This document shows positions 45,906 to 56,154 of a stretch of 57,118 bases of DNA, piece by piece. Positions within the stretch are counted from its first letter, which is position 1, and every line of letters begins with the position of its first letter. The position numbers and the translations under genes were made by a program. The notes under the pieces were generated by a model that worked only from the letters and a program-made list of their open reading frames with translations, was not told the origin of the DNA and made no database searches. This DNA is from a virus (lineage: Duplodnaviria; Caudoviricetes): positions 1 through 57,118 of IMG/VR virus record IMGVR_UViG_3300042934_001339; one strand, written 5' to 3'.

Positions 45906-46009
45906 TCAACGCCGCCCTCTTCTTCGTCCCGCTCGCCTTCGTCATGGCCCGCGTCATCGACTTGTTCGCGGCGCATCGCCGCCGCACTGATCCGTGGGGA
46001 CGCGCATGA
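45902..46009 (+). CDS. Small hydrophobic protein
   Basis: GTGA/ATGA overlaps on both sides, one TM. Confidence 0.45.
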   Translation: MINAALFFVPLAFVMARVIDLFAAHRRRTDPWGRA

Positions 46010-46215
46010 CCGCCGCCACCCTCTGGGTCTTGCTGGCCTTCCTGCCCGCCGATTACGACCGCCCGCCCGTCGTGGTGATCGAGCGCTTCGCCACGCAGGC
46101 CGAATGCCTCGACGTCCTGGATATCTTTCCGCCCACCACCCGCGTCGCCTTCGAGTGCCTGCCGAGCCGGCAGATCGGCCCCGGCGCGGCCATCCTGGAG
46201 AACCGCTCGCTATGA
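46006..46215 (+). CDS. Hypothetical protein
   Basis: Coupled ORF, F.TQAEC...FECLP motif. Confidence 0.55.
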   Translation: MTAATLWVLLAFLPADYDRPPVVVIERFATQAECLDVLDIFPPTTRVAFECLPSRQIGPGAAILENRSL

Positions 46216-46568
46216 ACACCCACGACCTCCAGCGCGACGCGCTGGATCACATCATGCGCACGGCACGCGCTAGTTCGTCGCAAACGCGGCGCCTGCGCTG
46301 GATCGCCAGCCGCGCCGAGGCTGCGATCGCGGGTCGGCCCTACGTCGCGGCTGAGCACGACCAGCCCAAGATGGTGACCGAGGCCACCATGCAATCGAAG
46401 AACTCCGCGCTGCAGTCGAAAAACCTTGAATTGCGCCTGGCCAACGCCCGCTTGCGCTCCACGCTGGCGCAGATTGCCGGTGGCTCTACCGGCATCCTTG
46501 ATCGCGATCTCGAGCTGGCTCAGATGGCACAGGCCGCGCTCGACGCTGAACAAGGGGGCCGCGAATGA
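46212..46568 (+). CDS. Hypothetical coiled-coil protein
   Basis: ATGA-coupled, GGAG RBS. Confidence 0.6.
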   Translation: MNTHDLQRDALDHIMRTARASSSQTRRLRWIASRAEAAIAGRPYVAAEHDQPKMVTEATMQSKNSALQSKNLELRLANARLRSTLAQIAGGSTGILDRDLELAQMAQAALDAEQGGRE

Positions 46569-46849
46569 AGCCCATCCGCAAACTGATCCGCGCCGACGGC
46601 GCCGAAACGATCCTGCACGGGCCCCACGCTATCCAGGACGTCTGCCAGATGATCGGCGCCGACGCCCTGGACACGGTTAGCCTCGCCGACCGCGTGCACG
46701 TCATGCTGGTCGACGACGACGGAATCCAAAAGAACTTGCCCGTCAACCCGGCCGCGACGCGCCTCTACCAGGACGCCCGCGGCATTCCCCATCAGATCCG
46801 CGGCGACGTTGTGATCGTGCCCGACTCTGACTATGCGAGGCACGCATGA
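46565..46849 (+). CDS. DUF3846-like protein
   Basis: MLVDDDG...LPVNP.AT.LY...I.GDVVI. Confidence 0.65.
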   Translation: MKPIRKLIRADGAETILHGPHAIQDVCQMIGADALDTVSLADRVHVMLVDDDGIQKNLPVNPAATRLYQDARGIPHQIRGDVVIVPDSDYARHA

Positions 46850-47031
46850 ACGGCCGGCGCATTGTCATTCTCTGGCGCCGCGCGCGCCGCGCAGGCCGCG
46901 ATCTGGATCTGGCCGGTTACGCAGCGTTCGCTGTCGGCGCGCTGATGCTGGCCGCCACCGGCGTAGTGGGTCCGACCCTGGACGCCCAGCCGGAACAGCA
47001 GGCGGGCGCAGTCCACCACGCCGCTCGCTGA
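46846..47031 (+). CDS. Small membrane protein
   Basis: Coupled ORF with one TM. Confidence 0.5.
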   Translation: MNGRRIVILWRRARRAGRDLDLAGYAAFAVGALMLAATGVVGPTLDAQPEQQAGAVHHAAR

Positions 47032-47042
47032 TGGGGACCACC

Positions 47043-47846
47043 ATGCAACCCAACATCTTCACCGTGCGCGCCTCAAGCTGGGGCCGCCTGTTCGACTGCG
47101 CGCACGCCTGGGAAGGCACGCACATCCTGGGCATGAAGAAGCCCGCGGGTATGCGCGCGTTGCTGGGCACCGCCGTCCACGCCGGCACCGCCGCCTATGA
47201 CCTGGCCCGCCTGGAGGGCAAGCCGTGCACGCCCGACGAAGCCGCCGACGTTCTTGTCGACGAACTGCGTAACCCCGCCTATGAGGTCGATCACGCGCAA
47301 GACAGCCTGCCGCTGGCGAAAGCCGAGCAGATCGCCCTGACCATCCTGGTCAAGTACTGCGCGGACGTAGCCCCGAAGTTCACCTACATCGACGTCGAGA
47401 CGAAGCTGGACCCGTTGGACATCGACTGCGGCAACGGCATGACCGTACGACTCACCGGCACGATGGACCGGGCGCGCGTGGCGGAAACCGAGGGCGGCAT
47501 TGTCGTACCCGACGTGAAGACAGGCGCGCGCGTCGTACAGGACGGCAAGGCCGTCACGCAAGGCCGAGCCGCGCAGACCGGCACCTATCAGCTCATGTAC
47601 GAGCACACCAAGAAGGTGCGCACGGTCGGCTCCCAAATCATCGCCCTATCCACCAGCGGCAGCGCGGCCACGGCCGTGAGCCCCGTTTTCGACGCCCGCC
47701 GCGTCATGGTCGGCGAGCCTGACCGGCCCGGCCTACTCGAGCACGCGGCCGCAATGTTCCGCACCGGCCTTTTCCCTCCGAACCCCTCCAGCGTCCTTTG
47801 CAGCCAGAAGTACTGCGCGCGCTGGTCCTCCTGCCTTTTCCGATAA
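47043..47846 (+). CDS. PD-(D/E)xK RecB/Cas4-like exonuclease
   Basis: GTAVH, LTGTMD, DVKTG, Q...Y, 1+3 Cys pattern (C...CSQKYCARWSSC). Confidence 0.85.
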   Translation: MQPNIFTVRASSWGRLFDCAHAWEGTHILGMKKPAGMRALLGTAVHAGTAAYDLARLEGKPCTPDEAADVLVDELRNPAYEVDHAQDSLPLAKAEQIALTILVKYCADVAPKFTYIDVETKLDPLDIDCGNGMTVRLTGTMDRARVAETEGGIVVPDVKTGARVVQDGKAVTQGRAAQTGTYQLMYEHTKKVRTVGSQIIALSTSGSAATAVSPVFDARRVMVGEPDRPGLLEHAAAMFRTGLFPPNPSSVLCSQKYCARWSSCLFR

Positions 47847-47861
47847 CCAGAGGAGCCCCGC

Positions 47862-48083
47862 ATGTCCCTCCACCCAGTCAGCCGCGACGTTTTCGTCCGG
47901 CGCACCGACAAGGCCGGCAAATCGGTCGTTACCCAGCACCTGGCCTGGGACCCCGCTGAATTTCTGGTCAGCCAGGTCAAGCAGTACGACAAGGAGGCCA
48001 AGCCCGACGAACGCCAGACCGTCGCAATGGCCACGGCCACCGAGTACCACGCCTATCGAGCCCAACAGAAGAAAGGAAGCTGA
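47862..48083 (+). CDS. Hypothetical protein
   Basis: GAGGAG RBS, 73 aa. Confidence 0.65.
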   Translation: MSLHPVSRDVFVRRTDKAGKSVVTQHLAWDPAEFLVSQVKQYDKEAKPDERQTVAMATATEYHAYRAQQKKGS

Positions 48084-48085
48084 CC

Positions 48086-49285
48086 ATGAACCAGAACACA
48101 ACCGTCCAGAGCCTGCGCGCGGCGCCGGAATCGCAAATGCCGATGGTGGCGCCCGGCTTCGGCAGCCTGCAAGGCTTCGAACTCATGCAGCGCGCGGCGC
48201 GCCTGCTGTCGAGCAGCACGCTGGTCCCCGTCGCCTACCGCCAGACGATCGAGAAGCTGGACCGCTATGGCAACGTCAAAGAATCGCGCGAGAACCCCAA
48301 CGCGCTGGCGAATTCCGTCGTCGCGCTCAACATGGCGCAGCGCATGGGCGCCGACCCGCTGATGGTCATGCAGAACCTCTACATCGTGGAGGGGCGGCCG
48401 TCGTGGTCGTCGCAGTGGATCATCGCCGCGATCAACGGCTGCGGCCGGTTCTCGCCCTTGCGCTTCGACATCCAGGACCTAGGCGACAAGGAGGTCGCCT
48501 ACACGACTACCAGTTGGAACAACGGCCAACGCGAAACCAGCAGCCGCACGGTGAAGATCCGGGACAAGGTGTGCGTGGCGTGGGCCATCGAGAAGGAGAC
48601 GGGAGAGCGCCTGGAGTCTCCCAAGGTCACCATCGAAATGGCCGTCAAGGAAGGCTGGTACACGAAGTCGGGCAGCAAGTGGCAGACCATGGAAGAAGTC
48701 ATGCTGCGCTACCGCACCGCGAGCTTCTTCGGCAAGCTGTACGCGCCCGAGCTGCTGATGGGCCTCCAATCCGTCGAGGAGGCCCAGGACATTATTGAAG
48801 CGACCACGGGGCCTGACGGCACCATCAGTGTCAATGTGGACGAGCTGCGCGCAACCGCCCAGCCAACCCAGCGCCAGCCCGCGACCGCACAGGCAGGCGC
48901 TGTCGACATCGAAGCGCGCGAGCCCGCCGACCAACCTGACACCTCCGCAGCGAAAGCGCAAGCCGCAGCCGGTAAGCCGGCGCAGGACGCGGCAATAGCC
49001 GCCACTGTCGCGCAGGAGGAGGCGACTGGTGACCAACAGCCCGAACTTGCCGACGCTGGTGACGCGGATCCGGGCCTGGATCCGGCAGCGGTGGAACACC
49101 AGATCGCCAACGCAAAATCCCTGGACGTCCTGGACCTGGCCAGCGATTCGATCGAGGGGGTGAACGACCTGGCCGAGCGCGCGCGGCTTCACAAGCTGTA
49201 TCAATCGCGTCGAGTCTCCATGACCGCAGAGCAGCAGCGCGCGCCGGCTACAACGTCGCGCCGTCGCATGGCCGCACCCGAGTAA
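48086..49285 (+). CDS. RecT/Redbeta-like single-strand annealing protein
   Basis: PLMVMQNLYIVEGRPSWSS, SKWQTM..VMLRYR, PELLMGL; near the exonuclease gene. Confidence 0.7.
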   Translation: MNQNTTVQSLRAAPESQMPMVAPGFGSLQGFELMQRAARLLSSSTLVPVAYRQTIEKLDRYGNVKESRENPNALANSVVALNMAQRMGADPLMVMQNLYIVEGRPSWSSQWIIAAINGCGRFSPLRFDIQDLGDKEVAYTTTSWNNGQRETSSRTVKIRDKVCVAWAIEKETGERLESPKVTIEMAVKEGWYTKSGSKWQTMEEVMLRYRTASFFGKLYAPELLMGLQSVEEAQDIIEATTGPDGTISVNVDELRATAQPTQRQPATAQAGAVDIEAREPADQPDTSAAKAQAAAGKPAQDAAIAATVAQEEATGDQQPELADAGDADPGLDPAAVEHQIANAKSLDVLDLASDSIEGVNDLAERARLHKLYQSRRVSMTAEQQRAPATTSRRRMAAPE

Positions 49286-49300
49286 CGGCCGGGGACCGAC

Positions 49301-50458
49301 ATGGCGTTTTTCCGCAACCTCTCGGTCTACTCCCTGCCCGCTGGGTGGGTGGTGACCCTTGAGCAGCTGACAAGCATGCTCGAGCGCTTTCTGTTCGTAC
49401 CCACGACGGATCTGCAGGCCGAGTCTACCGGCTGGGCCCCCGTCCATGAGGGCTTCGGCGTGGTGCATGCCGTGCAGGGCCACCTGTTGCTGCGCATGCG
49501 CACGGAATCGCGCGTGATGCCCGCCAAGGCGATCGAACTGCAGCTGCAGGAACTCGCTGAAAAGGTGGAAAAGTCCCAGGGCTTCAAACCAGGAAAGAAG
49601 CAGCGCAAGGAGATCCGCGAGCAGGTCATTACGCAGATGCTGCCCGCGGCATTCCGGCAGCAGGATGACGTCCTGATATGGATCGACACGCACGCTGGCC
49701 GCCTTGGCATCGACAGCGCTGCGAGTGGTCCGCGGGATAGCGCCATCGGTCTGCTGTGCAAGAGCATCGACAACTTCGTACTGGAGCGCCTGAGCGTCAA
49801 GACCGCTGCGGCTGGTGCGATGACGGGCTGGCTCGCCGAAGACGAGGCGCCGGAAGGCTTCACCATCGACACGACGGCGGACCTGCGCGCCACCGGTCAG
49901 GGCGCGGGCGCGGTGCAGTACGTAAACCGTCCGCTGGAGGCCGACGAGATTCGCCGTCACCTGCAGAACGGCATGCAATGCACGCGCCTGGGCCTTACCT
50001 GGAACGACAAGGTGTCGTTTCTGCTGGACGACGAGCTGGTGCTGAAACGCGTCCTGCCCTGCGAGGCCCTGCACAAGGATGTGGAGCGCGTTGCCAAGAA
50101 CGACGCGGACACGTTTGAGGCGGATATTTACTTGATGGCCAGCACTCTACGCCCGCTGATCGCCGACCTGGTGGACGTGTTGGGTGGCGAATGTGTTGAC
50201 GACCGCCAGGGCGATATGTTCCGGACGGCAACCGGGCCGGCGCTCGTTAGCGGCGACGACCAGCCCAATGTCGACCCGCTTCTGGCTCAAGCGCGCCACG
50301 TCATCGTCCAACACGGCCGCGCCTCAATTTCCCTTGTTCAACGCCATCTGCGCATCGGATACAACCGCGCCGCGTCGCTCCTGGAAGCCCTGGAGCAATT
50401 CGGCGTGGTTACGGCGATGCGCCCAGATGGCTCTCGCGAAGTGGTTTTCCCAATCTGA
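49301..50458 (+). CDS. rdgC: RdgC recombination-associated protein fused to an FtsK gamma domain
   Basis: FFRNLSVY, LPAAF, RLGLTW.DKVSF.L; C-terminal ASISLVQRHLRIGYNRAA. Confidence 0.9.
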   Translation: MAFFRNLSVYSLPAGWVVTLEQLTSMLERFLFVPTTDLQAESTGWAPVHEGFGVVHAVQGHLLLRMRTESRVMPAKAIELQLQELAEKVEKSQGFKPGKKQRKEIREQVITQMLPAAFRQQDDVLIWIDTHAGRLGIDSAASGPRDSAIGLLCKSIDNFVLERLSVKTAAAGAMTGWLAEDEAPEGFTIDTTADLRATGQGAGAVQYVNRPLEADEIRRHLQNGMQCTRLGLTWNDKVSFLLDDELVLKRVLPCEALHKDVERVAKNDADTFEADIYLMASTLRPLIADLVDVLGGECVDDRQGDMFRTATGPALVSGDDQPNVDPLLAQARHVIVQHGRASISLVQRHLRIGYNRAASLLEALEQFGVVTAMRPDGSREVVFPI

Positions 50459-50467
50459 GGAGCAATC

Positions 50468-52252
50468 ATGCGAATCAACCGTATCACCATTGAAAACTTC
50501 CAAGGCGCTCGCGCCGTTGATCTTGAGCTGCGCACACCCGTTGCCTTGATCGCCGGCCCCAACGGCGCCGGCAAATCCAGCATAGCCGAAGCCGTGCGCC
50601 TGGCAATGCTCGGCAGCCCGGAGCGCGTCGGCCTGAAGAAGGAGTTTCCCGCGCTCGTCACCGATGGCGCGAAGCTTGGCGCCGTCACCCTGGACCTGGA
50701 CGAAGGCGCCATCGGCATCGGTTTGCCCAAAGGCACGCAGTCGGGCGAGGCATTGGTGCCGCAATCCCCGGCCCTTCCCTTCGTCCTGGCGCCCGAGCGC
50801 TTCGCCGCCGCCAAGCCGGACGACCGCCGTACGCTGCTGTTCACGCTCATGGGCACGAAGATCAAGCCGGATGACATCGAGCGCCGCCTGGTGGAGCGCG
50901 GGTGCGCCGCAAACCTGGTGACGCAGATCAAGCCCATCCTGCGCAGCGGCTTTGCCGCCGGCGCCGAGCACGCTAAGCAGGAAGCGACGCAGGCCAAGGG
51001 CGCCTGGAAGGCCGCGACCGGCGAACAGTGGGGAAGCCAGAAGGCAGAAGGATGGGCCGCCGAGATTCCGCCGTTCGACCAGGCCGCGCTGGTAGGCGAG
51101 CGCGCGACGCTGGCCGGCGTGGACGCGAAGCTGGAACAGCACACCAAGGCCCTGGGAGCCCTGGAACAGAAGGCCCACGCCTACGCCGCGGCGCGCGATC
51201 AGATTGCCGCCCGACAAACGCAGGCGGCCAAGTTACCGGAGCTGCGCAAGAAGCTCGCCTTCGACGAGGGCGAGCACGCGAAACAGGCGGCGCAGGTCAA
51301 AGCGCTGGAGGCCCGTGCTGGCACAGGGCCGCGCGAGGGCTTGGTGCACACCCTGGCCCGCTGCCTGGACGACGTCTACAACATCGAAGAAATCAGTTTC
51401 AAGCTGCCCGCCGACTTGGACGGGCGGATGCTCAAGGCGTTCAAGGCATACGAGGAGCAATACGGAAGTCTGGACGCCACAGGCGACGCTGAAGCGTCCG
51501 CCGCGTTGCCGAAAGCAATTGAGGCCCGCGACCTGATGGCGCGCAGCGTCGAGAACGACCGGCGCGACATCGCCGCGGCAGAGGCCGCCGAAGCACAGCT
51601 GAAGGATGCGGCCGCGCCGGAGGCGATCCAGCCCGCCGACGTGGAGGCCGCACGGGCCAAGGTGACCGCGGTGCATGCCGAACGCAAGGCGATTAACGAT
51701 CGCGTGCAGGCGCTGTTGAACGCCAAACAGGCCGCCGCCAGCGCTGCGGAGCGCACCGAAAACGCTACGCGCTACCACGGCGAGGTGCTGGCTTGGCTGG
51801 CCATCGGCGACGCGCTTTCGCCTGATGGCATCCCCGGCGAGATTCTGGCCGAGGCGTTGCAACCCTTCAACGACAAGCTGGCCGAGCTGGCCGATATCGC
51901 TGGCTGGCGCGTGCCCGCCGTCGGCGCCGACATGGGCATCACCTGGGAGGGTCGGCAGTACCGCCTGCTGTCCGAGTCCGAACGCTGGCGCGTTGACGCT
52001 CTCGTCGGTGCCGCTCTGGCCGTGGTCTCCGGCCTGCGCTGCCTGATCCTGGACCGCTTCGACTGCCTGGACCTGCCGGGCCGCGCCGACGCGCTGGCCC
52101 TGGTCGACGCGTTGGGTGCCGACGGCCACCTGGACACCGTCCTGGTGCTGGGCACGCTCAAGGCAGCCCCTGCCGCCCCTTCGGACACCTTCACCACCTT
52201 CTGGATTGAAAACGGTGCGACCGAGCAGCCCAAGCTGCGCGCGGCCGCCTGA
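50468..52252 (+). CDS. SMC/Rad50-like AAA ATPase
   Basis: IENFQG, GPNGAGKSS, long coiled coil, LSESE signature, LILDRFD Walker B. Confidence 0.85.
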   Translation: MRINRITIENFQGARAVDLELRTPVALIAGPNGAGKSSIAEAVRLAMLGSPERVGLKKEFPALVTDGAKLGAVTLDLDEGAIGIGLPKGTQSGEALVPQSPALPFVLAPERFAAAKPDDRRTLLFTLMGTKIKPDDIERRLVERGCAANLVTQIKPILRSGFAAGAEHAKQEATQAKGAWKAATGEQWGSQKAEGWAAEIPPFDQAALVGERATLAGVDAKLEQHTKALGALEQKAHAYAAARDQIAARQTQAAKLPELRKKLAFDEGEHAKQAAQVKALEARAGTGPREGLVHTLARCLDDVYNIEEISFKLPADLDGRMLKAFKAYEEQYGSLDATGDAEASAALPKAIEARDLMARSVENDRRDIAAAEAAEAQLKDAAAPEAIQPADVEAARAKVTAVHAERKAINDRVQALLNAKQAAASAAERTENATRYHGEVLAWLAIGDALSPDGIPGEILAEALQPFNDKLAELADIAGWRVPAVGADMGITWEGRQYRLLSESERWRVDALVGAALAVVSGLRCLILDRFDCLDLPGRADALALVDALGADGHLDTVLVLGTLKAAPAAPSDTFTTFWIENGATEQPKLRAAA

Positions 52253-52267
52253 CACAAGGACTACGAC

Positions 52268-52882
52268 ATGCAAAACCTCGGATTCTTCTACGACACTGAA
52301 ACGACCGGCCTGCCCCTGTTCAACCAGCCGTCCGAGCACCCCGGCCAGCCCCACCTCGTGCAGCTCGCCGCTGCACTGGTCGACCTGGACACGCGCGAGA
52401 CGGTTGCCAGCCTGGACGTCGTCGTCCGCCCGGACGGGTGGACCATCCCCGATGAGGTAGCGGCCGTGCATGGCATCACCACGGCGCACGCGGCGGCAGT
52501 CGGGGTTCCGGAGTCTCTGGCCCTCTCGTTGTTCCTCGAGCTTTGGGGCCGCCGCACCCGGATCGCGCACAACGAGCAGTTCGATGCGCGCATCATCCGC
52601 ATCGCCCAGCACCGCGCCGGCGAGCTCGAACCCGAGCTGGTCGCCTGGAAGACTGGCGCGGCCGAGTGCACGGCGCGCAAGGCGACGCCCCTTGTCAAAT
52701 GCCCGCCGACCGCAAAGATGATCGCGGCTGGCCGCAACCACTACAAGACGGCCAATCTGGGCGAGGCCGTGCAGTTCTTCACGGGCAAACCCCTGGTGAA
52801 CGCCCACAGCGCGATGGCAGACGTCAAGGGCTGCATGGACGTCTATTTCGCAATCCAGGACATGCAACGCGCGGAGGCCTGA
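52268..52882 (+). CDS. DEDDh 3'-5' exonuclease
   Basis: YDTETTG, AHN..FD, AHSAMADV. Confidence 0.9.
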   Translation: MQNLGFFYDTETTGLPLFNQPSEHPGQPHLVQLAAALVDLDTRETVASLDVVVRPDGWTIPDEVAAVHGITTAHAAAVGVPESLALSLFLELWGRRTRIAHNEQFDARIIRIAQHRAGELEPELVAWKTGAAECTARKATPLVKCPPTAKMIAAGRNHYKTANLGEAVQFFTGKPLVNAHSAMADVKGCMDVYFAIQDMQRAEA

Positions 52883-52884
52883 CC

Positions 52885-53379
52885 ATGCACCCCTACATGA
52901 ACCGAAAGGATCGCCGGCTGGTACAGCGCATAGAAAGCCGTCGCCGTATCCGTACGCGCCGCGAGGAGCGGCCCAAGGCCGCGCCCATGTTGGTCGGCGC
53001 GGAGATCGTCATGCGCCCGCTCGAGCAGCTGTTCGACGAGCTGGACCGCACGGGCACGCTGTCCGTCAACGCGCGTGGCTACCCCGATTTCCTCGCGTGC
53101 GACGGCTACCGGTACGACGCCGCGCCCGCGGTCGAGGGCCTGATATGGCATTTCGAAATGTGGGAGACGCGGCACGGAAAGAAATTGCCCTTGCAGCCTC
53201 TGCGCGACCTTCACGTGGCCCTTCACTACATCGTTCCCGTGCAGGAACGAACTGTCGAAGCGCTCCGCCACGCCTTGCCCATTCTGCGCCGTGTCATGGC
53301 GAAGGGCACCCCCGAAGATCAGGGGGACTTGCTCATGCAAACACGCATCAAGTCATTGATGGAGGGCCCGCGCGTATGA
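52885..53379 (+). CDS. Hypothetical phage protein
   Basis: GGAGG RBS, 164 aa. Confidence 0.65.
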   Translation: MHPYMNRKDRRLVQRIESRRRIRTRREERPKAAPMLVGAEIVMRPLEQLFDELDRTGTLSVNARGYPDFLACDGYRYDAAPAVEGLIWHFEMWETRHGKKLPLQPLRDLHVALHYIVPVQERTVEALRHALPILRRVMAKGTPEDQGDLLMQTRIKSLMEGPRV

Positions 53380-53546
53380 CGACGACGACATGGCGCCTTG
53401 TGCTGGCCGAACCCGACCAGGCCTGGACCGATGCGTTCGCCGCGCGCGGCCCCCACCTCGGCAGTTTGGCGCGGCAGCCCACGCGGAGTGGGACTAAGAG
53501 GCCGGCGCAGACGAGCGGGACGGCAATTCGCGCGTGCGGGTCGTGA
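53376..53546 (+). pseudogene. Short, possibly truncated ORF
   Basis: ATGA-coupled start (WRLVLAEP...), then low-information sequence. Confidence 0.3.
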
Positions 53547-53585
53547 GATTCCGCGTCTTATGTACACGAATAGTGAGGAGCACTA

Positions 53586-53831
53586 ATGGCATTTGAAACC
53601 CAACGCAAAGCGCTGTCCTTAGAGCCGAAGGGGGACCGCTTCGTCTCGCACAATGATATTGCTGAGCGCCTGCGGCTGAATCCAGCGCACGTTCGGGATC
53701 GTTTAACGAAGCGATCGGATTTCCCCCGCCCATTCCTTTTTGGCGGTGCCCGCCGGTGGAAAGAGGAAGAAGTGCTCGACTGGATCGAAAGCAGCAGGCT
53801 GCCTCCCGACGGCAGGAGACACCGACGGTGA
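53586..53831 (+). CDS. AlpA-like excisionase/recombination directionality factor
   Basis: DIAERLRL...RDRLTKRSDFPRP...RRWKEEEV.DW. Confidence 0.82.
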   Translation: MAFETQRKALSLEPKGDRFVSHNDIAERLRLNPAHVRDRLTKRSDFPRPFLFGGARRWKEEEVLDWIESSRLPPDGRRHRR

Positions 53832-54365
53832 CGGTTGAAGTTCCTTAATCACCACTTCGATCTTCGATGCGTTCGTCGAATTAAGCGCAGCCACGGCCGC
53901 TAGTACGGACCCTAAGCTACCTAGCAGCCCAAAACAAAGTGCGGCGCGAAAGGTATACCTATCCCGCCGCAGCTTCTCACCTTCTCGAATTGCCCTTCGA
54001 ACCAGTCTCTTGCCCTCCGCTTTCAGATACAGGGGGGGATTAGGGACATCCTCCGGATCAACATGAAAGTACTGGCCGTAGAGCTCTCCCAGAGCAAGGG
54101 GGGGCAAATCGACATCGAGTTTCCGTGCGCGTTCGTGGAGCCGTTCCGTCTCCAGGACCTCAAGCCAATCCTGCGCTTCGATCGCCATTGAAACCGCGCC
54201 CTGCCAATCTGGATCATCGACGTCACGACCCTGTCTTTCAAGGTCTGCCACATCGCCCCAAAGTTCGGAAACACGCCGCCGTTGCGCCGACTCGTCTGAG
54301 GCAAAGATGCGACATGTGTTGCGTAACCTCCGCGACCACGTCAATGGTGCGTGCTTAACATTCAT
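53703..54365 (-). CDS. Cargo protein with near-C-terminal TM
   Basis: GAGG RBS, lower GC, 3' end overlaps the excisionase convergently. Confidence 0.65.
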   Translation of the reverse strand: MNVKHAPLTWSRRLRNTCRIFASDESAQRRRVSELWGDVADLERQGRDVDDPDWQGAVSMAIEAQDWLEVLETERLHERARKLDVDLPPLALGELYGQYFHVDPEDVPNPPLYLKAEGKRLVRRAIREGEKLRRDRYTFRAALCFGLLGSLGSVLAAVAALNSTNASKIEVVIKELQPSPSVSPAVGRQPAAFDPVEHFFLFPPAGTAKKEWAGEIRSLR

Positions 54366-54639
54366 AGACCTAGCCTCGCTCTCTCACAGCCAATACTGCT
54401 GTATTTTGATAGTTAATCTTCAACGACCATTGGGCAGATTCCGGTGCCCGATTTTCCTCCGGCGCAGGAGGTGAGAACTTCGAACTGGGCTGTTCCGCGA
54501 CAATGATGGCCTACCACTCGAGAAGTTATGCTCGGTGGCAAGCATATAGGGTGGCTGACGTCTACAAGTGCTGTGATTGGACGTGACCCACAATAGATAT
54601 GGAACGAAAAGCCGCTTCGCAGGCGTCTATCCGTTTTGC

Positions 54640-55275
54640 TTAATCGGGGATTGAAAAACGCTCCCACTCGTTAACTCGGTCCCGAATTACTTCGATTGCA
54701 TGGCTCGCAGATTCTTCAATTGCTTGGGCATTTTCAATTGCTTCGTGACCGAAATCCTGCCGATCCAACCCAATGTCCTCCACCAAGACGTAGTTCACTT
54801 CGTTGAAGCCCGCCTCCAAAAGTTTGCCAACTGCAGCATGTATTTCCTCGGGGCAAAAAGGGCGAACTTCGTCCCGAAGCACTTTTAGGCGATTGATTGC
54901 AGATTGAAGCTCCCGGGCTCGTTCTTTCCGGCGATCTTTGGCCCGATCGCTGGGCTTAGGCAACGGCGGATACTTCGCAAAAAATTCCGCTCCGTTTTTA
55001 ACCTCCACCAGAAGTTTTCCGAGCTTTCGCAGAATTTCATACTCCCGTTGATAGCGGTATGTGTACAAAGACGATCGCGCCGCCCAAGTCACTTTCGCGG
55101 CCTCCAGCGATCTTGCATGTTCCGTCTTGACTTCTTCGATCTTGGCGGTGATCACGCCGATGTCTTGCTTTGTCGCTAAATTTTTGCCCTTTTCACTGAA
55201 ATAACTACGCCACGCGAGGCCTAATCCCGTAACAATGGCGGCGCCCAGGAAGCTTCCGACAATTGATCCCCACAT
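54640..55275 (-). CDS. Cargo protein, N-terminal TM plus helical domain
   Basis: GGAGG RBS; Y..EKGKNLATKQDI..IT.KIEEVK motif; low GC. Confidence 0.78.
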   Translation of the reverse strand: MWGSIVGSFLGAAIVTGLGLAWRSYFSEKGKNLATKQDIGVITAKIEEVKTEHARSLEAAKVTWAARSSLYTYRYQREYEILRKLGKLLVEVKNGAEFFAKYPPLPKPSDRAKDRRKERARELQSAINRLKVLRDEVRPFCPEEIHAAVGKLLEAGFNEVNYVLVEDIGLDRQDFGHEAIENAQAIEESASHAIEVIRDRVNEWERFSIPD

Positions 55276-55521
55276 TTCTGACCTCCAAATTCAATTTCTC
55301 AACCCTGTCCAAAGCGTCCCGGCGCAGGCCGATCATGAGGAGAAGGGGTTTCGGTGTCGGACTATGCCGACCAGTTCTAGACTGCTCGATTTGGTATGCC
55401 TCAGTTCATAGCGGCTGCCCTGTCCTGCGACCTATCAATTGAACGGAGTGCGCTCTGAAAACGGCCGATCACGCGGACGATCGATAGAATCCAAAAGGCA
55501 GGCGCCCCATGGGCGACGCTG

Positions 55522-56154
55522 TCAGGTGGCAAACTCAATGTCCGAAGTGGATCCGCGCCTGACGCAAAAATCAAGTTGGCTGTTTAGCAAGTTGGTCCGT
55601 ACTGTCGCAAGCGTGTGGTGTACCTCCCAAGATATCGACTCTTGGCTGACTTCCATCAATTTCTCAAGTTCAACTACCCACTCTGTCGCGAGATCGAGCG
55701 CCCAATTCAAACGAAAAGAAACTCCCACAGCCAAAAGCGATACATGAGCAGAGCCATTGCGGATTGATGCCGTCGATTTCCGCACTGTTTCGATTTGCCT
55801 GAGAAGACTCGCGTCGTCTACGCTCGCAGTTCGGTCGGCAGAATTCTTGAGTATTTTTTGAACTTGTTCCACGGAGATATGAAAGCGTGCCACGTCAGAC
55901 GATATAGCCGACCACGCAATTCGCGATTTCGCGCGGGCATCGCGAATTCGCCATCGTCTATCTCTCCGCAAGGTGTATGCCATTGCCGCCAGCGCGCCGG
56001 TAGTACCAACAGCCGTCGCGACCTCATGCAAATCGGCTTGCAAAAACGTCGGACTTAAAAAATTCGCGCCCAGCCAAAATCCGCCGAAGGCTAGGGCGGC
56101 GCCGAATAGCATCCCAACTACAAAACTGTTAATCAAGCTTCGCAGCGATTTCAC
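55522..56154 (-). CDS. Cargo protein, N-terminal 2-TM
   Basis: GTG start overlapping the integrase 3' end; low GC. Confidence 0.65.
   Translation of the reverse strand: MKSLRSLINSFVVGMLFGAALAFGGFWLGANFLSPTFLQADLHEVATAVGTTGALAAMAYTLRRDRRWRIRDARAKSRIAWSAISSDVARFHISVEQVQKILKNSADRTASVDDASLLRQIETVRKSTASIRNGSAHVSLLAVGVSFRLNWALDLATEWVVELEKLMEVSQESISWEVHHTLATVRTNLLNSQLDFCVRRGSTSDIEFAT

Noticed and set aside
42663-47846. CRISPR-Cas system (Cas2-like plus Cas4-like genes)
   Set aside because: No array or cas1 seen. The Cas4-like gene sits in a normal phage recombination module.
54366-54667. 84-aa minus-strand ORF, or att/LexA site in the AT-rich gap
   Set aside because: No convincing RBS or motif, no CTGT-N8-ACAG match, and no direct-repeat partner found by eye.
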